A stretch of DNA of 64,000 bases from Candidatus Latescibacterota bacterium (GCA_965219455.1 OZ244744.1:4320001-4384000), one strand, 5' to 3'; counted from the first letter of the stretch, positions 9,679 through 19,065 are shown. Program-made: numbers and translations. The notes: generated from the letters alone by a model not told the origin.

Positions 9679-10671
9679 GTGAAAAGGAGTATGCTAATCA
9701 TTGCGTCGGTCTTGGCCCTGCTGCTTGCCGCTTCACCGGCTTTGGCCGTGAAGTGGGGCGGGGTGACCGGCGAGTATGGTGTCAAGAAAGTAAATATCTC
9801 AGGGATGCAGTTCCTGAAGATCGGCCAGGGCGCCCGCGCCGTGGCGATGGGCGATGCGTTTACCGCGGTCGCCGACGACATCAACGCGATCTTCTGGAAC
9901 GGGTCGGGGCTGGTACACGTGGAGCGCGTTGCCTATCAGTTGAACTGGACGCGCTTTATTTACGACACCCAGCTGTACTCGGCTGCCGCGGTGTGGAATA
10001 CGCGGTCGGCCCGGGGCGAGGTGTTGGGCATTACGGTCGTGTCACATAACCCGAAGCCTTCCCCCGAGACCACGATCCATCAGCCCAGCGGAACGGGCCA
10101 GGACGTGGTCGCAAACGATCTTTCTGTCGGTCTGCTCTATGCGATCAAGTTCACCGACAAATTTTCGTTCAGCGCCAAGGCGAATTATGTTTCTGAGCAA
10201 CTCTACACGATAAAAACGACTGGTTTTACGGTCGACGTGGGCAGCTTCTTCTACACGGGGTTCAGAAGCCTTCGTATCGCAATGGCGTTCAGGAATTTCG
10301 GCCCGGACCGCAAGTCGGGCGACCGTGCGTACCTGTTGCCGCTCGTCTATAATATCGGCATTGCCGCCGAAGTCTACGGCGAAAAGGGCGATCCGTCCTA
10401 CCTCACCGCGTCCGTGGAGAGCGCGTTTTTCGTGGATTTCGAGCAGCGCTGGCATTTCGGCGCCGAGTTGTGGCTGCAGAACGCGCTTGCGTTGCGCGCC
10501 GGCTGGAAGTGGAACTATGACCTCGAGGGCATCGCCGTGGGCGCCGGTCTGAAGCAGACGTTTGGCGGACGTACCATAACGGCGGACGTGGCGGTGTCGC
10601 TCCTGCAAAAGAACGACGGCGTCGTTATGTTCGATCCGCCGATCCGCGTTTCTGTCGGTGGCACGTTCTAA
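9679..10671 (+). CDS. PorV/PorQ-family (UPF0164, FadL-like) outer membrane barrel
   Basis: RBS aaggagg, GTG start; signal peptide; GMQFLKIGQGARAVAMGDAFTAVADDINAIFWN signature; LALRAG; terminal Phe. Confidence 0.85.
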   Translation: MKRSMLIIASVLALLLAASPALAVKWGGVTGEYGVKKVNISGMQFLKIGQGARAVAMGDAFTAVADDINAIFWNGSGLVHVERVAYQLNWTRFIYDTQLYSAAAVWNTRSARGEVLGITVVSHNPKPSPETTIHQPSGTGQDVVANDLSVGLLYAIKFTDKFSFSAKANYVSEQLYTIKTTGFTVDVGSFFYTGFRSLRIAMAFRNFGPDRKSGDRAYLLPLVYNIGIAAEVYGEKGDPSYLTASVESAFFVDFEQRWHFGAELWLQNALALRAGWKWNYDLEGIAVGAGLKQTFGGRTITADVAVSLLQKNDGVVMFDPPIRVSVGGTF

Positions 10672-10741
10672 GTCGCCTTTGCAAAGCGGCGGAGTCGATT
10701 TAAACCTGATGTAGTCCGGCGCTTTGTCGGCGTCTGAACCG

Positions 10742-10781
10742 ACGGGCGGCGACCGGGACTCTGAGCCCGGGCGCCGCCCGT
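10742..10781 (+). terminator. GC-rich stem-loop after the PorV-like gene
   Basis: acgggcggcg(a)ccggg...cccgggcgccgcccgt inverted repeat. Confidence 0.5.
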
Positions 10782-10878
10782 TCCTATTGCACAGGCGGAG
10801 GGCGGGAAGCATCCCTTCATGTGACAGACGGCCCATGCTTCCATGCTCGGATGTACTTACCCTCGGCGCCGGTAGACA

Positions 10879-12867
10879 ATGGCGGCAGATATGGCGAAAC
10901 GTACCTTCCAAAGGCGTAAGGTGAGCGCGGGGACGCCCGGAAGTGGGGTTCCGAAGCCCACATACACGTGGCCGGTTCTGGTGGGTATGGCGGCGTTTGT
11001 GGTTTATGCCAACGCGCTGGGCAACGGGCTGGTTTACGACGACCATTTTCTGATCGAACGAAGTTGGCTCGTGGAACGGCTGGATTTCAGGAGCGTTTTC
11101 ACGACCCATTACTGGGCCGGTTACCCCGGAAATGAAACGGGGCACTACCGGCCGTTGCCCGTGCTTTCGTTTCTGCTGGACGCGCTGGGAGGCATTCGCC
11201 CGTTTCGGTATCATTTGACCAATGTGCTTCTGCACTTGTGTTGCAGCCTGCTGGCGTGGGGGCTGTGCAGGCGCCTGGGGCTGAGCCGCTTCGCCGCGGG
11301 AATTGCGGGCGTGTTATTTGCCGTGCATCCGATCCATGCGGAAGTGGCGGCGGGCGTGACCTTCGGCCGATCCGACCTGCTGGCCGGCGTCTTCTTACTC
11401 GCCGGCATGTTGTCATACACGCATAGTTCGCGTTCCCGGACGGCCTATGCGCTCGCGCTTGTCGCTTTTTTCTGCGGACTGATGAGCAAGGAGAGTGCGC
11501 TCGCGTTGTTTGGCCTGGTTGTAGCATATGACCTGGCCGCTGGGATGGGGGTTGCAGAGGGCGGAACGTCTTTGGACAAAGAGGGGCGAAGAGAATGCCG
11601 GAGAGGATGGTTGGTTGCGCGTTTGGCATGTTCGACCGGGGCAACCTCGGGAAAGGGGATTCTGTACGGCATACTGTCCGTTGGACGGGCAAGGTGGCTG
11701 TGGTGGACGGGCTTTGTGGGTGTATTTGGACTCTGTCTGGCCGTGCGAAACGCCGCGGCGGGGCTGGGCTTCTCACCGGGTGGGATGAGTGAGTTCGTGA
11801 ATCCGCTCTACGGTACCTCGCTTGAAACGCGGGCCCTGACTGCCGGGAAAATTCTCTGGCACTACGTAACGCTTCTGGTGTTTCCGTGGCGGCTTTCCGT
11901 GGATTACTCGTACAATGCGATTCCGGTTTCGGTTTCGCTTCTGGGACCCGGGGTGATCGCGGGCGCGGCGCTGGGTCTCGGTGGGCTGATGCTGTGGGCG
12001 AGATCGCTGGGAAAATGGCCGCGGCTGTTTTTTTGCGGGGCGCTTTTTTGGGTGCCCTATATGGGGGTGTCACAGACCGTGGTGCTGCTGAATTCAATGG
12101 TCCAGGAACGGTTTTTCTACATTCCGGCGCTGGGTATGTTCGCGCTGGCTGGGATCGGGGCCGAACGGTTGTTCAGGAGGTATGGGTTCAGCGTAGTTGT
12201 CGCTATGGGTCTGATCATGTTGGGGTATGCCGCGCGTACGGTGGCGCGAAACAGAGATTGGAAGGATGATTTCAGCCTGTTTTCCAGCGCGGTTCATTCG
12301 TATCCCAATAGCGCGAAGATGCATCAGGCCGTGGGACAGGTGCTTGCCGAGCGTGGCCTGATGGACCGCGCAGTTCTTGCTTTTCGACGGGCCCTGTCTA
12401 TCCGGGAAGAAGCCATGACCTATAACAACCTGGGCAACGCCTACGGCGTGAAGGGGGCTTTTGAACAGGCGGCCGCGGCATATCGGAAAGCCGTGGATCT
12501 GGATCCGCAATATGCGGAGGCCTGGATGAATCTGGGTGTAACTGCCATGCGGGCCGGCGAAACCCGGATGGCCGCCGAAGGATTCAAACAGGCAGCCGTC
12601 CTGCTGCCTGAGGATAAGGAAACCCACTTCAATCTGGGCGTGGCGCTGGAGAAAACGGGGCGGCCGGAAGAGGCGGAGCAGGCATATCGCCGGTCGGCGG
12701 CGCTGGGGGACGCCAGAGCGTATTTAAACCTGGGTATGGTGTTGGAAAGCAAGGGCATGCCTGGGGATGCGGTTGCGGCCTACAGGGCGTTTCTGAAGCA
12801 ATGGCGGGGCGATCCGCAGGTGTCAACGGAAGCCCGGCGCCGGATTCGAGCGCTGGCGCCGAGATAG
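10879..12867 (+). CDS. TMTC-like (DUF1736) GT-C membrane glycosyltransferase with C-terminal TPRs
   Basis: LVYDD, YRPL, FAVHPIHAEVA, GRSDLL, SKESA, LSVDY, ERFFYIP, RNRDWKD motifs followed by TPRs. Confidence 0.85.
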   Translation: MAADMAKRTFQRRKVSAGTPGSGVPKPTYTWPVLVGMAAFVVYANALGNGLVYDDHFLIERSWLVERLDFRSVFTTHYWAGYPGNETGHYRPLPVLSFLLDALGGIRPFRYHLTNVLLHLCCSLLAWGLCRRLGLSRFAAGIAGVLFAVHPIHAEVAAGVTFGRSDLLAGVFLLAGMLSYTHSSRSRTAYALALVAFFCGLMSKESALALFGLVVAYDLAAGMGVAEGGTSLDKEGRRECRRGWLVARLACSTGATSGKGILYGILSVGRARWLWWTGFVGVFGLCLAVRNAAAGLGFSPGGMSEFVNPLYGTSLETRALTAGKILWHYVTLLVFPWRLSVDYSYNAIPVSVSLLGPGVIAGAALGLGGLMLWARSLGKWPRLFFCGALFWVPYMGVSQTVVLLNSMVQERFFYIPALGMFALAGIGAERLFRRYGFSVVVAMGLIMLGYAARTVARNRDWKDDFSLFSSAVHSYPNSAKMHQAVGQVLAERGLMDRAVLAFRRALSIREEAMTYNNLGNAYGVKGAFEQAAAAYRKAVDLDPQYAEAWMNLGVTAMRAGETRMAAEGFKQAAVLLPEDKETHFNLGVALEKTGRPEEAEQAYRRSAALGDARAYLNLGMVLESKGMPGDAVAAYRAFLKQWRGDPQVSTEARRRIRALAPR

Positions 12868-13016
12868 GGCCGCGGCCGAAAGCATAGTCGGTTCAACCCG
12901 CTGAAAAACATCGAACTCGGATTCTCCGATACAATCGGAATCACGTCGAATCGCCACATCAGAACCAAAATCAGCTTTGATTTTTCCTCCATATTCCTTA
13001 TTCTATAAAACACGAG

Positions 13017-13046
13017 AAGCAGCTTTCAGCTTTCAGCCGTCAGCTT
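13017..13046 (+). repeat. Heptamer tandem repeat, GCTGAnn family (opposite orientation)
   Basis: aagcagctttcagctttcagccgtcagctt; 26/30 identical to the reverse complement of 43258-43287. Confidence 0.75.
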
Positions 13047-13161
13047 ACACCGGATAACGATGCGGACCGGCGATGTGAATCAGCGATATCCGCGCCACGT
13101 CTTTTCGCCTACGTCCGCCCATTCACGGACTTGACCCGTCACGCGTCCGGTCCGGGTGGAT

Positions 13162-13335
13162 GGGGCTCTTCCGCGCCAATCCGTTCAGCAACGTGGTTTT
13201 GGAACGCCAGCGATCTACGCAGGCCACCAACCCTGGTTTTTTGCCTCTGAGGCGATTCGCGGAAGAGCAGCCCCGCGGCGTCTGAGCGGCGCCGTTCTTT
13301 TTGGCCCTTTTTCTTTGGCGAGAAAGAAAAAGGGC
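13162..13335. repeat. Structured intergenic element (two stems)
   Basis: ggggctcttccgcg (13162) pairs with cgcggaagagcagcccc (to 13274); perfect 13-bp hairpin gccctttttcttt-ggcgag-aaagaaaaagggc (13304-13335). Confidence 0.55.
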
Positions 13336-13373
13336 ACGGGAATAGGGGACGTTAAGGGTAGGGGGAGATTATA

Positions 13374-16300
13374 ATGCCCACAAATCCCCGAAACTTCGGG
13401 GAGGAGCGGTTCGTGCCGGGTTCAGGAAACATGCCCTTGGGTCCACTTGCCTTTCGTCTGGTCTCCACCTGCTGGTTGCTGGCCGGGATCGGGCTTTCGG
13501 TTCCAGCAGAGTCCAATAGTCAACGGATCTGGACCGCTTGCTACGAAAACGGGCAGGCGGCCCTGACCGAAGTCTGGTCCGTGGACGCACAGGGAACGGA
13601 ACACAGGCTGGGCGCCTTTCCGGGTCGACCGGGACAACTGGGCATAACCGCGGACGGACGGAGGGTATTCTACAAGGATCGCCCATTGAGGGACTATCGT
13701 CTTTCCGGGTTGGGGCAGGCGGCGGTGCCTATGGTGGAGAGCCAGGTGTGGGAGGTGATGGTAAACGGCACGGTTGTGCGGCGCCCCGGGGAGGTTGAAC
13801 TCGGACGCCTCGACCTGGCGTGGGTTTCTGCACAAAACGGGGGTCCGCGAAACGGGCCCAACCGTTCGCTCACGGGCGTTGAAAAGGCGATGATGACGGT
13901 GAAATTGGCCTACGGGGCGCTGCATCAGTGGGAGTTCCGCCACGCGCAGCTTCTCTATCGCAATGCGGCTCAGCAGTTCGAGGCGCTGGCTCGAGATCAC
14001 CTCCTCTATTCCAAACCGGCCATGGCGTACGCAAAGCTATTGGCGAGAAGGTCGCGGATGGCCGGTGCGGAGGGGCCCCGATGGGTTTGCAGGGAGAACC
14101 TGTCCGCGATCGGGGAGATGATTCTGGAATACCGCCGGCTTAATGACGGCAGTACCCCCGCCAACCTGGAGGTGTTGAAGGCTTCGGTGCGCGCAGGCGG
14201 GCTGAACGATGCGAAGGAGCGGATTCTTGAACGGTTGTTGAGATCGCCGGCAGATCGGAAGAAGAGTCCGATCAGTTATTTTTATCGTCCCGGCGCCGCG
14301 GACGGCGAGGCGATGGTGATCAGCCCCTATCATCGCGGGCGGCTGTTGGAACTGATTCGGCACGGGGACCGTTTCGAAGTGGTGGACAGGGCGGCGGGAA
14401 CGGCGCAGGTCGATTCGTTGCTGGACGTGGGCAGGCGGGTGCTGGAGAAGGACGCGCCGTCATCCGTGCCGGTACTTCAGGTGGTCACGCTGATGGCGCC
14501 TAAGTCCGCGCGCGGGCATTGTCAGTTGGGCTATGCCTATCTGAAGTCTAAAAATCCGGACGCCGCGCTGCGTTCTTTCGAACGCGCGGTTCGGCTGGAT
14601 CACAGGATGGCCGAAGCGTACAACGGGCTCGGGCAGGTGTACGAAACGCGGCCCAAAGCCCGGTACGACGCGATCCGCTACTATACGAAGGCGCTGCAGT
14701 ACAACCGTGACTACCTGGAAGCGCGTTTCAATATAGCCAGGCTTCGGCACAGCATGCAGGAGCACGACGCGAGATACGACGTGGAGAAGGTCATTGATAT
14801 CGATCCTACGTTTGCGCCCGCCTATCTGCTTCTGGGGGAGTGGTACGAGGTTCAGGAAGAGGATTTCGAACGGGCGGCGCTCCTCTACGCGAGATACATG
14901 ACGTTGAAGCCGGAAGATCCTGAGGGGAGGAAGCGGCTGGCCGCGGTATATCTCCGGTCACGGAACTACGAACGGATCGTGGATTTGCTCACGGATTATG
15001 TCCGGGAACACCCGGACGAAACAGGTGTTCTGGCGGTGCTGGCCCAGGCCTGCGTCCAGATGGGACGGCTGGAGTGGGCGGACCGGTATTTCAGGGATTA
15101 CCTGCATGCGGCGACCGAGGAAGAGCAGGCGCTGTATCGCGATCCGGTCCTTCTGATGTCCCCGGAGGAACGCAAGGTGTTTGAGCAGGCCGATCGATCG
15201 GCTCGCGTCGAACGGGTCAAACGGTTCTGGACGGCGCACGACCCGGACCTGACCACGTCCATCAACGAGCGCCTGCTGGAACACTACAGACGGGTCTGGT
15301 ACGCGCTGGGGGCTTATTCGAAGGGTAAGCAGCCCTGGGACCGGCGGGGTGAGGTGTATATCCGGTTCGGAGAGCCCGATTACCGGTCAGCCTCCGATAT
15401 GAAGAATTACAACCAGAGCCTGAAGGTGCAGCGGGTCCGGGAACGCATAGCCCGGCAGATGTACGGGCAGGCAGCCCTCCAGATGACCTTCATGGGCGGG
15501 CCCGTGTACGCGGTGCGCAGCCTGAAGTCGAATCTCAGCGGCGGCGCGAACCTGGGCGAAGGGTTCGCCGGCGACCGCCAGGTGGAAGATTTTACCTCCC
15601 TCGTCGAACGTGACGACAGAAACGCCCGGGAAACAATCGGAGGCGAGACCCAGCGGCAGAGTATCACCTACGGTTCGGGCATTACGGCCAACAATGAAGT
15701 GACGGGTGAGTCCCTGGAATTGCTCCGGTTCGAAGGCATGCAGATGCAGGGAGGCGCTCTGGGACTGGGTGGCTCCCCCAACGATTTTGCATACAAGGCC
15801 GTATCCTCTCAGGACGATGCCTCGATGGTTCCCTGGGAGGTCTGGGTCTATACGGATGTGAACGGCGGGATCGAAATTACGTTTACCGACGAGCACATGC
15901 GCGGCGAGTTCGACTACGCGCCGCCGCCGATGGACGTGCGCATTCCCATGCAACAACTGACCCGGTTCAACCAGTTCAATCCACGGTCCGTGGCTGAACA
16001 GGCCGCCCTGGTTACGCCGGACTATTACAAGCCGCCGGAGAATAAGTCGCCGCTGGAGTTCTATTTCGATCTGGCCAACTTCCGGGAGGACGAACGGGGC
16101 AGCGGGTCGATTCTGGAGGTCTATTTCGGGGCGCCCTACAGTCTGGGCAAGTACCTGCCTGATCGGGACGAAACCGAGATGTTTCTGGAACGTTCCGTGG
16201 CGTTGAACAACCCGCGCAACGGGGCGGTTTACCGCAGGCAGGGCAACCTGGTCTACCGGGGCGGCGGTGACCTGACGGGCCTGCGCGGCGGGTTTGTGCC

Positions 16301-16874
16301 CGATCTGATGGGTCTGGGCGTCCCTTCCGGCACATATCGGATGGAGGTGCAGGTCAAAGACAGGTTGTCCGGAAGGCAGGGTCGGTACCGGCAGGAAGTG
16401 GTAATTGACAATTACGACAGGAAATTTCTGCAGTTGAGCGAGTTGCAATTGGCCTATTCGGTTGTCGAGTCGGACGAAACGGGGAAATTTAAAAAGGGCG
16501 GTCTCCGCGTCGTTCCGATTCCTACGCGTACATTCGGCAGGGACCAGGGTGTATTCGTCTACTATGAGATTTACCGCCTGAAGAGAGACGAATTCGGGCA
16601 GACCCGGTACAAGGTGGAATACTCAATTCGACCCAAGGGCGTCCAGGGGCGCACGGCCAGCGGGGTTGTCTCCCAGTTGGTGCGCGTGTTCACCGGCAAG
16701 AAACAGGAACTTGCGGTGGGATACGAGCAGCTTGGAAACTCGGAGTCGGAAGAGGTATACATGGAGCTGGATCTGAAATCCACCAAGCCCGGCCAGTATA
16801 TTCTTGAAATCGAAGTGACCGACCTGAACAGCGGTCTGACATCGAACCGACAGACGGGATTCTACGTTCAGTGA
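13374..16874 (+). CDS. Large TPR + GWxTD-domain protein with extra N-terminal domains
   Basis: Hydrophobic N-terminal segment; TPR array; RFWTAHDP...NERLLEHYRRV...WDRRGEVYIRFGEPD; WEVWVY; C-terminal Ig-like domains (VFVYYEIYRL, PGQYILEIEVTD). Confidence 0.85.
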   Translation: MPTNPRNFGEERFVPGSGNMPLGPLAFRLVSTCWLLAGIGLSVPAESNSQRIWTACYENGQAALTEVWSVDAQGTEHRLGAFPGRPGQLGITADGRRVFYKDRPLRDYRLSGLGQAAVPMVESQVWEVMVNGTVVRRPGEVELGRLDLAWVSAQNGGPRNGPNRSLTGVEKAMMTVKLAYGALHQWEFRHAQLLYRNAAQQFEALARDHLLYSKPAMAYAKLLARRSRMAGAEGPRWVCRENLSAIGEMILEYRRLNDGSTPANLEVLKASVRAGGLNDAKERILERLLRSPADRKKSPISYFYRPGAADGEAMVISPYHRGRLLELIRHGDRFEVVDRAAGTAQVDSLLDVGRRVLEKDAPSSVPVLQVVTLMAPKSARGHCQLGYAYLKSKNPDAALRSFERAVRLDHRMAEAYNGLGQVYETRPKARYDAIRYYTKALQYNRDYLEARFNIARLRHSMQEHDARYDVEKVIDIDPTFAPAYLLLGEWYEVQEEDFERAALLYARYMTLKPEDPEGRKRLAAVYLRSRNYERIVDLLTDYVREHPDETGVLAVLAQACVQMGRLEWADRYFRDYLHAATEEEQALYRDPVLLMSPEERKVFEQADRSARVERVKRFWTAHDPDLTTSINERLLEHYRRVWYALGAYSKGKQPWDRRGEVYIRFGEPDYRSASDMKNYNQSLKVQRVRERIARQMYGQAALQMTFMGGPVYAVRSLKSNLSGGANLGEGFAGDRQVEDFTSLVERDDRNARETIGGETQRQSITYGSGITANNEVTGESLELLRFEGMQMQGGALGLGGSPNDFAYKAVSSQDDASMVPWEVWVYTDVNGGIEITFTDEHMRGEFDYAPPPMDVRIPMQQLTRFNQFNPRSVAEQAALVTPDYYKPPENKSPLEFYFDLANFREDERGSGSILEVYFGAPYSLGKYLPDRDETEMFLERSVALNNPRNGAVYRRQGNLVYRGGGDLTGLRGGFVPDLMGLGVPSGTYRMEVQVKDRLSGRQGRYRQEVVIDNYDRKFLQLSELQLAYSVVESDETGKFKKGGLRVVPIPTRTFGRDQGVFVYYEIYRLKRDEFGQTRYKVEYSIRPKGVQGRTASGVVSQLVRVFTGKKQELAVGYEQLGNSESEEVYMELDLKSTKPGQYILEIEVTDLNSGLTSNRQTGFYVQ

Positions 16875-16905
16875 GCAAACCCGCCCCCCACCCATCTCCC
16901 CGCCG

Positions 16906-16933
16906 GTGAGACGTAAGAAGCGAGACGGAAGAG
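16906..16933 (+). repeat. Heptamer tandem repeat, GnnAGAC family
   Basis: gtgagac gtaagaa gcgagac ggaagag. Confidence 0.55.
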
Positions 16934-17034
16934 GTCCCCGGCACCCCACCACAATCGTCTTTCCAGTGGTACGTATCAAGTCAAATTACCTCTTGCGTTG
17001 AAGGGATCTCAGACGCCTGATGATGTGCCGGGCC

Positions 17035-17333
17035 GTCATTCTGAGCGAGTCGAAGATTCTCCCGCCGGTTCGGCTGAACGTGGTGTCGTGCTGTGCGGCA
17101 GGCGGCGTTGTGGTTCGGACACTCTCACATCATCAGATGCCGCAGTAGACGCTTCGTCAGCCTGGGGGCTTCCTCAGCATGACATTGGGAAGCAACGTGC
17201 TCGACTATCGGCCTTCCTGTCATTCTGAGCGGAGTCGAAGAATCTCCCGTCTATTCGATTGTCCTTAAGGCAGAAACGCAGTAAACACATTTGCGCGGAG
17301 ACATCGTCGGCCATTTGGCTTCCTCAGCATGAC
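17035..17333. repeat. Two tandem REP/MITE-like palindromic units (17035-17183 and 17219-17333)
   Basis: Each unit starts gtcattctgagcg(g)agtcgaagawtct and ends ggcttcctcagcatgac. The ends are inverted repeats; the interiors differ. Confidence 0.75.
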
Positions 17334-17413
17334 AGTGGCGACGTCTACCGATGAGACGATCCGCGAGTTGAGATCGGGCAAGTTGCATGGGATCGTGAGA
17401 ACAGGAGGCAGGT

Positions 17414-18748
17414 ATGGGCGGGCGTGTCGCCCCTTTTGATCGGGACGAACTGGTTGAGAGGTTCGCCGGTTATGACCGGTCGCACAATCAGGGCAAGGGA
17501 AGTTCCGACGAACCGGACTCCGGGGATCTGGGGTGGGGCGAGAGTGAGTTTCTCGACGCATACGTGAAGCTTTACGAAGCAACCGCTGATCCGGCGTGGT
17601 TGGACAAGATGGTGGACCATTTCGATCGGATGATGGGTACCCGGCAGGACCACTTTGCCGATAGTTACGCCACCTGGGTCACGCCGGTGTATTCGGTGGC
17701 GCTGGTGAGAACAGGGTCGATGCACAACCGGGGTACGGCCCGGATGTCACCCGTGGAGGATCGGGTGTGGGTGATCCGTGGCGGTGATATGGCAGGAGAT
17801 TCCATCCGCGTCGTGGAGATTCTGCCCGGACGTCGGTACGCCGTCCAGGAGTACGGCACGCGGAAGGTATTGGCCGGGGGCCGGTTTCGGCCCGGCGCGA
17901 CGCTGAACGGTTTTGCGCCGTTCAAGATAAGCATCGAGGGGACGGCCCGCGCCGGGGATCGGTTCTGGGTGCAGGTCTTCGCCGGTGAGCCGCTGGAGTA
18001 TATCGTCCACCAGGGGATGTTCCTGCATCCGGTGAGCCGCTTTATCGAGCACGCCTTCCAGAATGCGGAGTTGAAGGTGAAATTCGGGGACAAAGCCCGA
18101 ACCTATCTCCGATTTATCGGAAGGCAGATCGCCGATAAGCACGAGCGTGACTGGGTGGACTCATCCCCCACGTCCGGTGGATATCGGTTTTCTCCGTGGA
18201 TGACGGAGCGGTTTCCGAACCGGATCATGCCGCACAATCAGTATCTCGCGCTGGCCCGGGCGTATCTCGCGCTGCAGAGCGTATCGCGGAAGCGGCTGTT
18301 CGCGGATCGGGCTCAGCGCATGGCGAAGAATTTCAAAAGGCACCTGTGGAAAACCGGTCGGGCGTATACCTGGTACTATTGGGACTGGATCGAGGCCGGC
18401 GTACACGGACACAGCTCCATTGAAGATACCAGTCACGGGCGGATCGATATCGGATTTGCAATTGACGCCCGCCGGCGCGGCGTGGTATTCAACAACGCCG
18501 ATATGAAGCGGTTCGCGCACACCCTGCTGGATCAGATGTGGAACGGGTCGCTGGATGATCCGGTGATCGGCGGCCGCGTGGATTGGCAGGAAGGGGATAG
18601 TACGCCGTGCGCGGACTGGATCGATTTGTGTCAGTGGAATCCGCAGGTTTGGGACGTCCTGTGGGCCGTATTCTGCAAAGCCGGACAACCCGTACAGATG
18701 ATTCCATCCATTCTCCAGGGATGGAGGAGGCTGGGGGAAAGCAGTTAG
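17414..18748 (+). CDS. Hypothetical protein, probable (alpha/alpha)-toroid carbohydrate-active enzyme-like fold
   Basis: RBS aggagg; LYEATADPAWLD, PHNQYLALARAYL, YTWYYW and EDTSHG helical-hairpin motifs with an inserted beta-rich segment. Confidence 0.55.
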   Translation: MGGRVAPFDRDELVERFAGYDRSHNQGKGSSDEPDSGDLGWGESEFLDAYVKLYEATADPAWLDKMVDHFDRMMGTRQDHFADSYATWVTPVYSVALVRTGSMHNRGTARMSPVEDRVWVIRGGDMAGDSIRVVEILPGRRYAVQEYGTRKVLAGGRFRPGATLNGFAPFKISIEGTARAGDRFWVQVFAGEPLEYIVHQGMFLHPVSRFIEHAFQNAELKVKFGDKARTYLRFIGRQIADKHERDWVDSSPTSGGYRFSPWMTERFPNRIMPHNQYLALARAYLALQSVSRKRLFADRAQRMAKNFKRHLWKTGRAYTWYYWDWIEAGVHGHSSIEDTSHGRIDIGFAIDARRRGVVFNNADMKRFAHTLLDQMWNGSLDDPVIGGRVDWQEGDSTPCADWIDLCQWNPQVWDVLWAVFCKAGQPVQMIPSILQGWRRLGESS

Positions 18749-18771
18749 ACGGAAGACGGGAGACGTGAGAA
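18744..18771 (+). repeat. Heptamer tandem repeat, GnnAGAC family, overlapping a stop codon
   Basis: gttagac ggaagac gggagac gtgagaa. Confidence 0.7.
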
Positions 18772-18788
18772 GCAACGGCCCACGGACA

Positions 18789-18881
18789 GTAGCGCAAATT
18801 GGCAGTTTGCGCTACCTGGTCAAGCACCTTCACCCTGCAATCACTCCCCCGGCCTTGTAGGGGCGTCCCTTGTGGGCGCCC
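18789..18881. repeat. Two GTAG-type REP-like hairpins
   Basis: gtagcgcaaattggcagtttgcgctac (18789-18815) and gtaggggcgtcccttgtgggcgccc (18857-18881). Confidence 0.7.
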
Positions 18882-19065
18882 GGCCTCCCGTGTGGCCGTT
18901 TGGGCGGTCTTCGTAGCTTAATTGCCTCCCTGCGACATTTGCTTGCTTTCTGTAAACGCGGGTATCTTGCACGCTTGGATTGCATCGGATTTTTGAGGAA
19001 TCGAGGCCAATTGTGTGCATGAAGTAGCACATTCAAAATGAACATTGGGAATAAGGAGATCTGAT

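Noticed and set aside
17035-17333. Possible CRISPR array (conserved repeats with variable interiors)
   Set aside because: Only two units, made of inverted ends with uneven long interiors, and no cas genes.
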